Assembly (NCBI RefSeq): GCF_009914755.1
Contig: NC_060925.1
Direction: 5' to 3' (one strand)
From: the human T2T-CHM13v2.0 reference genome, Homo sapiens
Length of the DNA: 64,000 nucleotides
Shown: positions 43,266-55,357 of the stretch, one piece after another
Position numbering within the stretch: the first letter of the stretch is position 1
Layout of the letters: the number at the start of each line of letters is the position of its first letter
The notes under the pieces: generated by a model
What the model was told of the DNA's origin: nothing
The model's database searches: none
Seen by the model: the letters and a program-made list of their open reading frames with translations, nothing else
Position numbers and translations under genes: made by a program

Positions 43266-43284
43266 CAACCTGTAGAGGGCACTA
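43266..43284 (+). promoter_or_regulatory. Candidate CTCF motif
   Basis: CAACCTGTAGAGGGCACTA; 13/14 core match plus trailing TA. Confidence 0.45.
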
Positions 43285-43789
43285 AGGTACTTTTTAGAGA
43301 AAGAATCAGACTAATGGGCATGAGAGGTACCTGTTACCCCAAGTGAGAAGCAAATGGGAAGAAAGGATGAGTGAGAGAGGTATCTTCATTCAACTTTCCT
43401 CACATGGTTCTGTTAATCCCTGCCTTCTATCCCAAGTAGACAGTAATCACAGTAATCAGTGATTACAAAAGATAACCTGCTAACTGATAGAAAAGGGAAA
43501 AAATTACAAAAAGAAAAGCTTCTTTGTAAGGATTTGATAAATGAGCCCTTGATACCTAATAACTTCAGGATTTGCCATTGGTCTGAATTAGGAAATCCAA
43601 GGAGAAAATGTTTGAAGCTCCTGCCATATTGATTATTGGCAGAGCAGAGGTAAATTAAGGGGAAAATCCAAGGAGTATCATAGGGTAGGATAGCACAGAT
43701 GGAAGATGCCAGTCAATGCCTTATATTGCAAGATTGTTTCTCAGGAAGGAATGAATAGGATTCAAAATGATGCCCAGAAATGCCCTTAC

Positions 43790-43980
43790 TTTTGTATAAT
43801 TCTTAACAATTTGCAAAGCCTTTTGTAAAGCTAGAATCTCATTTGATCCTCATGACAGCCATTTTATAGCTGAAGGTGTAGAGAGGTGATGTGGCTTTCC
43901 CAAAGTAACACAGTAAATTTCAAAGCTAGGTCTTTAATAGAAATTAATTTCCAGTGATTTTTAACAGAACATCGGGCTGT
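43790..43980 (-). mobile_element. MIR SINE
   Basis: ATCTCATTTGATCCTCATGACAGCC..AGAGAGGTGATGTGGCTTTCCCAAAG. Confidence 0.65.
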
Positions 43981-44529
43981 TCTACCAACCCAGAGTGCTT
44001 TCGGGGACTTATTCACAGTGGAAAAATTCTGTTACAAGCCCAAGAGGTGTCAGTTTATGTTGGAAAGTAAAAATCAAATGGCAGATATTCACAAAGCAAA
44101 ATAAAGACAATTTCTCATCACAGGCTTTGTAGCTCTAAGAAGCTAACAGGAGTTTTCACAACACAAATGGCTAATGTTAGCAGCACGCCGAGTTGGCAGT
44201 CCTGTCGTCTGCCTGATCAACAATATGCCATGCTGTTCGAGATTTATCCTGTTACAATTCCTCTGGGTAAAGGTATCATTTCCAAAGTATCCCTATCAGA
44301 AAGTAAATAGAATTTGTAATAAAAGCCAATAGAAGAGGTGGGAGCATATATGCTTTCCGTTCTACCCTCTTTACAGAAAAAAAAAAAAAAATTCATTACT
44401 GCCTATATTCAGATGATTAGTGTCCCAAGCCAAAGCTCCAGGAAGGGAATCTAGAGTCAAAACAGGAAGAACAAGTTTGGGTGTGAACTCCACAGGGAAG
44501 CCTCAGGCTGAGACATGATGATGTCATGG

Positions 44530-44720
44530 GCTTCAGGAGGGGCTTTGAAGTCAGACCCAAGGTTGAAACCCAGCTCTGCCTCTTAGAAGATGTACTGAGA
44601 CTCATTGAGCTTCATTTTCTATGCAATGAGGATGAAATTCTGATCCTGCAAGTTGATGTAAGGATCAGAAATAATACATGTAAGTGTGTGTCACATAATA
44701 AATCCTCAATAGGTGGAAAC
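44530..44720 (+). mobile_element. MIR SINE
   Basis: GGCTTTGAAGTCAGACCCAAGGTTGAAACCCAGCTCTGCC. Confidence 0.75.
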
Positions 44721-47700
44721 TAGAATTTTTGGGTCCCAGATGCTTGATAGGAAATGGGGCACACAGTAATGTTGAAAGCCCTAAGGACAGGTTTTTCCTC
44801 TTTTCAAGTCTGCTAAAGACTAGCCCTGACACCAGGTCTTGAGGAAGATCTGTGTATCCAACAGGCCAAGGACTCTTTCAGAAGACAGCTTTTGTCGAGT
44901 GTCACCTTGAGTCCCCAAGTGTAAGGATTTATTATACTTTGATTTGTACAAGTCCTCCAAGATCAAAGATGGATTCTGAATGTTAGCTGTCAAGTGAACA
45001 AATGATTGTGGAAATATAAAAGCAAAGCAATGCATGTTGCCTTAGGAATAGCTCATTTGCAAAATCTAATATGCTATTACATTGACATATTTCCTCATTT
45101 CATCTATTAAATCTTCCATTTTAGTAAAACTAGTTTGTTACAACCAAATGCTGTGATTATGTGCACTTATGTATACATCATAAGTGTATAGTCTGCCTAT
45201 AATGTCTAAAGAATGCTGGGTCTGAGTTGAAAAAAATAGGAAATTAAGATCTAGGTGTGAATGAACAGCCTCTGCATTTCAAATATCTTTGAGTATGACT
45301 ACCTCCTTTAAAATACTTCTGAAACATATAGCTTTTTAAAATTTTAGTTCTTCTAGCACATCAATCAATCAATCAAACTGTAAGTTGTTCTTTTAAGAAT
45401 GTCCATTTGGAAAACTTATGGAAAATAGATCCCATGAATTGAAATACTCCCCGGATTAACTGAAATGTATTAGTGGGAACTGCTTGTGAGATATTACAAT
45501 GGAGGTAAGGAATCACTTTCCTGTTCCCTGAGTTTTTGTTCTCATCTTCCATCTAGGACTTGGCCTATTTTATTTGAATCTGCCTTTATTTGGCCTGGGA
45601 AAAAATGTTTATGTAAAAATTGAACCCTCTCTGGCTCTTGCAGCAGCTTGTTTGTGGTATAGATGAGTGTGCAGGTTCAAATTCCTCTGTTCACTGTTGA
45701 CTAAGACCTTGAAGAGTTCTTCAGGCTCCACTAGGCCCGAGAAGAGTCTATTGAGAGTCTCAGCCTTTTTCTTCCTGCCAAGTTACTTTTTTATTAGGTA
45801 GATAAACTCCTGAATTGTTGAGAAGCAGCTGTTTGAAGAAGGATTTGGCTGATTCTCATGAGGTTTCTGGGTGCATGAGAGATATATTTTCGTCTGGGAT
45901 CCATTGGTCCCGAGCACAGTTAGACCTGGATGACCTCTCTTTCTTGCTCTATAAAGGTTTCTGGAATGTGGTGGAAATGCAGCACTGCTTTTCAGGGAAA
46001 GCTGCAGCCACTCAATCAATTTCCTTTTCCTTTCTGTCTCCCATCTAAATGTGGATCTCTCTCCATAAATGTTAGTCTTTAAAATTAGGATTTCAGGTAA
46101 TTTGATGTTTACTAGATGAATGCTAACCACGTAGAGTATATGAAACTTTACTTAGAAAAAAAAAAAAAAAAAACAGAAAAGAAAGAAAAAGAACCCCCCA
46201 AAAAACCATGAGTTCTGACTAAGACTAAGCCTGGTCAGATACATGAAAGGGTTTAAGCTGTTAATTTTCACATATTGCTCAAGTAAGCAAAACTAAAAGC
46301 ATTTAATTTCTCTAATAATCTCAGACATGGTTTTCTTATAATGTACTACACAATCTGTATTGATTACTCTGTCGGTGAGATACACATTTAATAAACATGT
46401 ATTCCAAAGTGAAGCATAAAATCAAAGTTTAAATTACTATTCTTGAAAGCCACTTTTTCCCCCAGTGTGTCAAAACAAAATAATTGGGAGACAACAAAGA
46501 CTTACATTTCAATTGTTTCTTGAGAAACTAATTGATAATAGGTATTAAGATGAACAGGGCATTTACAGACAGCAGAAGAATAAATTCCATACTTTTTCAA
46601 AATATGTTAGTGTAGAGATGACTTCCACCCAATCATTTGGGAACAGAAAAGAGCTTAGCTGGAAGTTGTAAAGGAAGAATAAATTTTTAGTGTTTCTGAA
46701 AAACACATAAAAATTTTCAGTATTATTTAAAAAGTATTGAATTGATAAAAAATTAAATATCAAATCTTGATCCACTATGCCATTTATATCTGCATATAAT
46801 AAAGATTAGATTATAAGCTTTTAGCATTATTTTTGCAAAGGGCATTATTTACATATAAGAGCAAATTTCTTTGCCAAATTTAAGCACCCGGTTTTTGAAC
46901 TTTTAGTATCTCCCAAAGCAGTATTTGCAGCTATGCAAAAATTTTTCACATCTTTAATGCTCTTCAGAAGAGGTCTATAGAAGGCAAATTGTAAATGTGT
47001 AAAGTGGTAAATAGAAGGGGTGATTCAAAGGAAAAGCAAATTGACATTTGTAGTATTAGAGGGTACTGTTGTTTTTGATTTGTTATATGCCTTAATCTGG
47101 CATGCTATTTCACCCTTCATGACACACATCAATACCTTCTTTATGTCTAGCTATTACCACTCATTTAAAAATCTATTTTACATGATTCTTTCAGCCAAAA
47201 AAAGACCATAATGACACAGAATACAGCATGTGCTTCATAAATTCTGTAAGAATCAATACTTTGGCTGGGAATCTGTCAGTCTTTCAAAGTTATGCATCAT
47301 TAAACTTTACTGTTATTACAGTGGACTCTTCCTCAAAGTTCAGTAACTTGCTCATAATGGAGAAACGCTTTTAAAGCCAGGAAAGCCAGAGAGAGGCAAA
47401 AGCTACTAGCAGTGGGATATATACCTGCAGATGATGCTTCATTTGCAAAATGCAAATAGAACCAACACTGTTTTGCTTATGTATGGGCAGGTAGTTTATA
47501 AGCTTCAGGTTCCATTTATCTAAAGGCCCTGTAGATGATATCCACACAAGTTTGGAGAATATGGGAAATATTCTTCTACTGACCAGATTCCTCCTGCCTT
47601 CTAATAATAACCTCTGATAATTCCAGCAGTCAGGTTAAAAAACAGATGACAGCTGGATTCTTCACCCATTTTACACTATTTTCTGGATTAACTTGTAATG

Positions 47701-48449
47701 AGAACATGAGAGGTATTTGTTGTTTGTCATAATGATTGGTTCCAGGAGACACTTACTTTTCAGCCACACCTGTAGGGATTCCAGCTGTAATCATGGCACC
47801 TGTGAATGGCCTCGTCAGCATCAAAACCAAATATTGGCAGAGTGCCACTTGTGAGTTGTCTCCTGGTTTCACCCCAGTCTCATCAGTCAAGATCTCACTA
47901 TTCTTCTAACCATATGAAATACATGAGGTTCCCAGAACTGACTGAGCTCTTGCTGCTGGGTTCAAGGCCTTGGCTTCCGTAGTTCCTTTCACCTGTCCTG
48001 CTATTTCCCCTCTTAGCTATTACTTTCTCTTTTTTTTTTTGGCAAAAAAAAATTTTTAAATGTAATAAAGAAATGGCAATAACTGGTACATACATCAATT
48101 CAAAATATTTTCACTAAGCACCAAATAGAATAGTTCCCAATCTTTTCACTAATAACCCCTTTGCAAGAATGCCTAAAACTTAATCAGTTTATTTAGGCTT
48201 TTAGTCAAGAAATATAAAGCTGCCAATCAGAGTTTCTAATGACCATGAGACAACCAGGTTAACAGCCTTGAGGTCATATTATATGAGCTTTTAAAAGCTT
48301 TGTTTAACCTATACATTGTAACTCAGGGGATTTGTTGGTGTCAGGCTGGTAATCACAGGTCCATGTTCCAGATACCATATACACACACAACAAAAAGAGA
48401 AAGACTATATGATCCCTGTATATTTAAGGGGAATAATGTCTGATTCTTA

Positions 48450-48790
48450 CAGGTGTACAATTAGTGAGGGGCAGAGAGACAGGTGCAAAGCACTAGCCTA
48501 CAAGGGAGAACCAAGCAAGGGCAGTAGAAGAGATAAAAGTCCTGTGCCCTTGGGGTGCAGCAAAATGGGTGCTGGGAGGCTCCAGGGAACAGACACATGA
48601 GTGGATGTCAGTACATGTGGGAAGGGGCCTTCAAGGCTGAAGAAAACAAAATGAGCCAAGGCACAGAGCCACAGGAGTACTGCCAGTCAGAAGATAGTGA
48701 AGCATTTGTCCTGGGTAAAGGGATGTGATCTAATAAGATCTAGTAAGAGACTGTATAAAACTCAGAAAACCTCACCCAGTGAGAGCCAAA
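48450..48790 (-). mobile_element. L2 LINE fragment
   Basis: GGGCCTTCAAGGCTGAAGAAAAC..AGCCAAGGCACAGAG. Confidence 0.5.
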
Positions 48791-48805
48791 TAATGCTGGT
48801 CTCTA

Positions 48806-49117
<312 letters not shown>

Positions 49118-49861
49118 CTGATAGTCTCTACTTCTTATTAGCAATTCGACAGAGAATTTGAGGCGACCTGAAAAACTAACAAGAAAGCAAAATATCCCCC
49201 AAAGGCAGAGGTGTCACATGCTCTTTGTGGAGGTTAAGTAGTCAATGATCACTCTGCAGCCCCTCCTCACCCTCACTGCGACACCCCAGTCTCTTGGAAT
49301 CAAATCCACTGGCAATAACCTTCCTTAACGGAAAATGTTTTCCCTCCCAAAATGTAAAACAAAAATAATACAAGCAAGCAAAACTCAAAACAGAAAGGGA
49401 TGATCAGAGCAAGCTTTAGCCCCTTGTAGCTCACTTATGCCCCCATTGTCATGCTACTGAAAACAGTGTCTGCCCCCATTAAACTGATTCATTACTGCAG
49501 AATGAATGGCAAAATTTAGCGTATCACTGCTCCTACTACATTCCTGAAAAAAAAAAAGTAAACACCACACAAAATATAAACTTACCCCCAAAAGAAGTCA
49601 GCATCAACCTAAGGATCCTACTGTAATATTACTACACTAACCCAAGACATTTTAATCCTCTTCTGACTTATTTACCAAAAAATACTCATTTTGAGAGCTC
49701 TGGAAGCATTACAAATATTGTATTAGATTTTTCTTCCTGAGGTAGTTTGAAGTCTTGAAACAAGAGCGAATTTACATATTTTTCTACACACCACTGAGGG
49801 GTAATTATCATAAAAGGCCTACAACCAAAATCCTCATCCCCCGATTCTCAGGCTGTCACAA

Positions 49862-50027
49862 TTTTTTTTTTTTTTTTTTTTTTTTTGAGACAGAGTCTCA
49901 CTCTGTCACCCAGGCTGAAGTGCAGTGGTGTGATCTTGGCTCGCTGCAACCTCCACCTCCTGGGTTCAAAGTGCTGGGATCCCTCCCAAAGTGCTGGGAT
50001 TACAGGCGTGAGCCACAGAGCCCAGCC
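49862..50027 (-). mobile_element. Internally deleted Alu in the retrocopy 3' UTR
   Basis: Only the first ~45 bp and last ~80 bp plus tail remain; CAAAGTGCTGGGAT duplicated at the junction. Confidence 0.92.
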
Positions 50028-50345
50028 TATAATTTTTCCTTCACATCAAACAATGGAAAACACACATAAAAAGATGAAAAGTCATACAAAAATTAAAAAA
50101 CAAGCAAAACCACCATTAAAGAAACTGTGTTGTCACACTAACAGTCTAAACTTTGCTAAAGACCAAAAAAAAAAAAATTTTTTTTTACTTGGTTTATCCA
50201 AGCTACAGACATTTTATAAAGTACTCAAGAAATTAATAGCTTATAAAAATAGTGGAACATTTTTCAATGACATCATGAAACTAAAATCAACTCATTCTCT
50301 GGCAAAGAGTTCTTCCAAAATGTCAAGTCTACAAGAAGGGATGTA

Positions 50346-50601
50346 GGCCAGGCGCGGTGGTTCACACCTGTAATCCCAGCACTTTGGGAGGCCGAGGCGG
50401 GTGGATCACGAGGTCAGGAGTTTGAGACCAGCCTGACCGACATGGTGAAACCCCATCTCTACTAAAAATACACAAAAAATTAGCCAGGCGTGGTGTCGTA
50501 TGCCTGTAATCCCAGCTACTCGAGAGACTGAGGCAGAGAATTGCTTGAACCGGGGAGGCGGACTCCGTCTCAAAAAAAAAAAAAAAGAAAGAAAGAAGAA
50601 G
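50346..50601 (+). mobile_element. AluSg-like SINE with ~56-bp right-arm deletion
   Basis: GAGGCGGA joined to CTCCGTCTC; TSD AAGAAGGGATGT / AAGAAGAGATGT. Confidence 0.92.
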
Positions 50602-50933
50602 AAGAAGAGATGTGTGGCAAACTTCACGCAGCAGCCCACTCTCAGGCTGACCACCTTTGCCTGTTGTTCAGGTTGGCTTCAGAGGTGCAGGGATGTTGGC
50701 AGACGCCTCCTCAAGGTAGGCCAAGGAGTCCCGAGGGATACCGATGCTGGCCGGCTTTTCAAGCTGAACGTTGATGTCCTCCAGCACCTGGTGCCAGCGG
50801 CTCAGCTTTATCAAGTGCTTCTGGACTTCTTTCCACTGTAACTCATTCCTTAGTTTTGAGACATCCTCTTTGATAACCTGCTCTGGTTTCTGGACAAATA
50901 ACTGCAATATTTTTTGTAAGAAAAAGCATTCTG

Positions 50934-51043
50934 GTGACAGAGCAAGACAGACAGAAAGAGAGAGAGAGAAAGAGAGAGAGAAAAAGAAAGAAAGAAAGAG
51001 AGAAAGAAAGAAAGAAAGAAGAAAGAAGAAAGAAAGAAAGAAA

Positions 51044-51096
<53 letters not shown>

Positions 51097-51123
51097 GAAG
51101 AAAGAAAGAAAGCAAGAAAAAGA
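50934..51123 (+). mobile_element. Extremely 5'-truncated Alu stub with a GA/GAAA microsatellite tail, inside the MED28 CDS remnant
   Basis: GTGACAGAGCAAGAC (Alu 3' end) plus ~175-bp purine repeat; TSD AAGAAAAAGCATTCTG (50918-50933) / AAGAAAGAGCATTCTG (51124-51139). Confidence 0.85.
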
Positions 51124-51464
51124 AAGAAAGAGCATTCTGTCTTTCTTTCAATATCCAGAAACTTCTGGCTACACTGAGCAATAACAGTTTGAATGTCTTC
51201 CTAATCAGTGCAGTTGACATAGTCCTGACTCACCGGAGAAGTTAAGCATGCATCGCAGGATAACTCCAATTACTCCGCCGAAGTACTGTTAGAAGGTCTC
51301 AGAGCACGTGGAGCTGTCTGAAGAAGCGAAGTCTGGCCCCGGAGGGCCAGTAGGGGCCCCTGTAGCTGCCCAGAGAACATACCCCCTAGCGGAGCTGCTG
51401 TGGCTGGAATGGCGTGGAAGGAGCCCACTCTTAGCTGTTACTTTCTGTATAATCTCTGAATATT

Positions 51465-51716
51465 TGTCACATTCTCTGGGAAGTCCTCCCTGATCACCTT
51501 ACATTGAGGAGGGCGCACCTCTGTTCTGGCGAGCACCTTGTTTTGCCCTACATAATATTTATACGGTAATGAAATCGCCTGTTGAATGTCTGGCTTCTCT
51601 ATAACAGTGAGAGTTTCAGCAGGGACTGCATCTATTTCCCATTGTACCCCATCACACAATTCAGTGCCTGGCACACAGTAGGTGCTCAAAAAAATCATCA
51701 ATGAATAAATGAACGA
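51465..51716 (+). mobile_element. L2 LINE 3' end
   Basis: CAGTGCCTGGCACACAGTAGGTGCTCAA..TGAATAAATGAA. Confidence 0.8.
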
Positions 51717-52684
51717 TGTCTTCCATGTGCAAAGTAGAAGTAAATACTAGAAATCTCAAAGAGGCATAAAATTTAGCTCCTATTCTGGAAGCGTTTACAA
51801 TAAGGTGGGAAAAACAGTATGGACATAGGTTTTTTATAAAGAAGGAGAAAAGGAACTAAGAACAAATATAAGAACATTAATAACAAAAATTATTTTCATT
51901 AGCTGCAAGAAAGTAATAGTTTATTTGTGATAATACTAAAAAAAAATTTCTCACATGAATCAGTAAGAAATAAACAGTCATTTGAATGTCAGAATCATAT
52001 CAAATTACAACACCTTTCATAGTATGTTCTCCCTTATCTGTGGCTGAAATGTCTCACCCACTGGTTTGTTGACAATGCCTTCAAGGCCATATTGCTACAT
52101 GGGAGAATTTGAGTGCAGACATTCCTTCATATTCATTCTTCATGCAACCTTTCAGCTCCAGATATTTGCAAATTTTGCCTCAGCTATTGAAATTTGTTAT
52201 GGAAATAACAATGAAAAAAAAAACCTTGATTCCCACTTCTTAAATGAGTGTTTATACAATAAAGTGTTTATAATAGTACCTGGTACCTGGTTAACTTTCA
52301 ATACATGTTTGTTATTCTCATTTCATACCCCTTGATATCTTTAAATTCCCCTTTCTAAGGCACTGAATCTAAACCTGAAAGCAAGTACAGATGGAAAAGA
52401 AGAGCGATATAATGAACCTTGCACCAGGTTCTTGGACTGGTGTCATGCATGCATTTAAAATTACAGTTCAGAGTGCAGGCATTTGAACTGGCTCACAAAC
52501 AATAAAGAATTGTGCCTGGTCTGGGTCAGGTATAAACAAGCTGGAATCTGGCATAGGTAGGATGTTTACTAGTTTGGTGTTCTGGTTGTGTGCTTTCTCT
52601 TATTCCTATAATCTTCACCTCTGATTTTTTCTGTCATTCTGTAAGGAGACTTAGATTTGGTCATCTTCCCACCATATGCTAAGT

Positions 52685-52830
52685 CTAGCATGGTGGGCTT
52701 TGGAGTCAGAAATTCCTGAGTTTGGACCTGACCTCACCATTAGCCTCTCTGAACTTCCTTTTCTTTATTTGTAAAGATGGAATTAATAACCAGTCCTGCT
52801 TTCTTTAAAATATCTTAAGGATAAGTACTA
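52685..52830 (+). mobile_element. MIR SINE
   Basis: GGGCTTTGGAGTCAGA..TTTGTAAAGATGG. Confidence 0.65.
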
Positions 52831-53345
52831 ATTAATATAAAATTAATGGTATAGGTATACTCTAATCTTGGTGAGAGAAACAAGCTCCTCTAAGTAGGTA
52901 ACTGATTAGTGTCAATTGTGATGGATATAAATACGATGAAGAATTGGTATCATGTACAGTTCAATAGGGCTCTAACACATCACAGTACGTGGTCTGTGCC
53001 CAATAAGCTATGCTCCATGTTTTTTTTTTTTTAATGTTCCTACCACACGGTTTTGCAGTTGTTCAGAATTCAATATGTATTTTTGAATCAAATAGAATTT
53101 ATAAGAATAAAATATAAGCCCTAAATAATGGCAGGAATATTCTCCTATAACTTTAGTGTCTTATTATTATTCAAATACTAATTTTCAACATTGCTGAGTT
53201 ATCTAAGTTTATGTAGAAAGGTTTTGGAAGAGTCTGTCAAGAAAACTCAAAAAAGTATTGTAGAAAAGTAATTTTCTGACCCAGTGCAGGTGTTATGTTT
53301 TTCATCTCTAGGGAGTAATGTTTGATTATATTTTATTTGGTTCAT

Positions 53346-53555
53346 CCAGGGGCATTATGCCAGGAGCATCTTCAGATTGTGTAGTACCTCACACGGCCAC
53401 CACATCTAAGGGGCATTATGTACATCATAAACATCTTTAATAGTTTAATATTAAACATCTTTAATAAACATCTTTAATACTCTACCTTTGGACTTAAAAA
53501 ATTGTGTATTTATTATGACAGTTTTTCAGCAATAGCAGCTAAATGTCTTCTTCTT
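53346..53555 (+). mobile_element. hAT-Tip100 (Arthur-like) relic with internal triplication
   Basis: CCAGGGGC start, TATTTATTATGACAGTTTTTCAGCA..AAATGTCTT; TAAACATCTTTAATA at 53428, 53452, 53465. Confidence 0.45.
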
Positions 53556-53809
53556 AAAAGATCAAAATATTATGATAATTTACTGACAGAAGAATTGTAA
53601 AAGGCCTCAAAGAAGAGATACCTTTTTTTAATCCAGACAAAGATACCATAGAGGCTTGCAGCTGCCCTGTCTTCACAATGCCTAACAGTGATGAGAGACA
53701 GTAGGATGTTAATAAATGCTTGATGAGATAACAGTGAATAAACAAAACATTTCAAAGAGTATGGGTATTGTGAAGGATTATGACAATAAAAGACAGTATT
53801 ACAAACAGC

Positions 53810-54025
53810 CAAGAACACAGACACTGGAGTCCAAAATACCTGATTTCAAGTGTTGGTTCTGTGGCTCACTGTCTGTATGTCTTGAATGAGTTACTTATCC
53901 TTTCTCTGCTTCATTCTCCTCATTTGTAAAATAGGAAAACTATAGCCTCCATTTCACAGGGTGGCTGTGAGGACTAAATGAGTTAATATACATCGAATCC
54001 TTAGTGCTGTATCCTGTTCAATAGC
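53810..54025 (+). mobile_element. MIR SINE
   Basis: CTCCTCATTTGTAAAATAGG..CAGGGTGGCTGTGAGGACTAAATGAGTTAATA. Confidence 0.85.
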
Positions 54026-54399
54026 GGCCTAGAGCATCGTATTCCACAGTCAGCGTCCAATAGGCAACAGCCTCTATTTTTAAAATAGAGACTAAACACA
54101 CAATTTTGCACATATGTGTTGGGAATTCAACACATCTTTTTCTGTTGAATAGAACTGATGAGAATAAGAAAATTGTGGAAATACACTCTTAAAACTTTAG
54201 AATCTTATTATTGTTCAAATCAAGATGTGTTAGATAAGTGCCTCATCAGTGAGGATGATCGTGGTGAAGAAGGAAGAGAAAGAAATGGAGGAGGAGGGGG
54301 AGCGGGCCGCAGAAGAGGCAAAGACAAAACACTGGTCATTCGGGAATCAGTAAAAGTTAATCCTCACAATGGTCTGCAAGTCCCTAAATGGTCTATCTG

Positions 54400-54925
54400 C
54401 ACCACGGCCCGGTCCTCCAGACACATTCTTCTCTGACCTGTCCCCCTTCACTCCCCTTTTGCTTCCTCCATTCCAGTCATTTTTGCCTTCTTGCTGTTCC
54501 TTGAATGCACCAGACACAATCCCGCCTTAGAGATTTCAGTGAAGCTATTCTTTCTGCCTCAAATATTTTTCCTCCAGATGTTTATTGGGATGATTTCCTC
54601 ACCTCTTTTGAGTTTTTGCTCAAAGGTCATGTTCTCAGCTTAAGACCTACCATTACCTCCTCTCTAACACCATTACCCTTCCTCCACAGCACACACTCTC
54701 AACATCCTTACGCTGCTCTACTCTTTCTTTTCTACTTGGCTCATTTCACCTTCTAACACATATATTCATTATGCTTATTATTTATTGTCTCTCTCCGTTT
54801 ATCTGAGCTGCCCTCCCCCACTAGAATTTAAGCTCAAGATAGTGGGATTTTAGTGATTTTGTTCACCGATATAACTCCCAGACCTGGAACAGTGCATGAC
54901 CTATAATAGGTGCTAAATACATATT
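54400..54925 (+). mobile_element. L2a LINE 3' part
   Basis: TTCTTGCTGTTCCTTGAA..CCCCACTAGAATTTAAGCTC..CCTGGAACAGTGC. Confidence 0.8.
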
Positions 54926-54932
54926 ACTGTAA

Positions 54933-55357
<425 letters not shown>

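Larger units (their letters stand above)
49480..51425 (-). pseudogene. MED28P: Processed pseudogene of MED28 (Mediator subunit 28/magicin), CDS remnant plus 3' UTR
   Basis: Intronless translation from 51401: [43 protein letters not shown], then after the insert [49 protein letters not shown] (stop 50670-50668), matching MED28. ATG replaced by ACA; stops at 51272-51270 and 51203-51201. 3' UTR extent is from recalled mRNA and approximate. Confidence 0.95.

Noticed and set aside
49544-49585. Apparent mini-intron GGG|GTAAGT..TTTCAG on the minus strand
   Set aside because: Only ~42 nt, below the practical minimum for human introns
50668-51135. 155-aa ORF ending in the MED28 C-terminus as a functional CDS
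   Set aside because: Its N-terminal half is translated (CTTT)n microsatellite from an out-of-frame ATG; the true MED28 frame has lost its start and has two stops
50771-51245. K/E/R-rich ORFs on the plus strand
   Set aside because: Translations of the GAAA microsatellite
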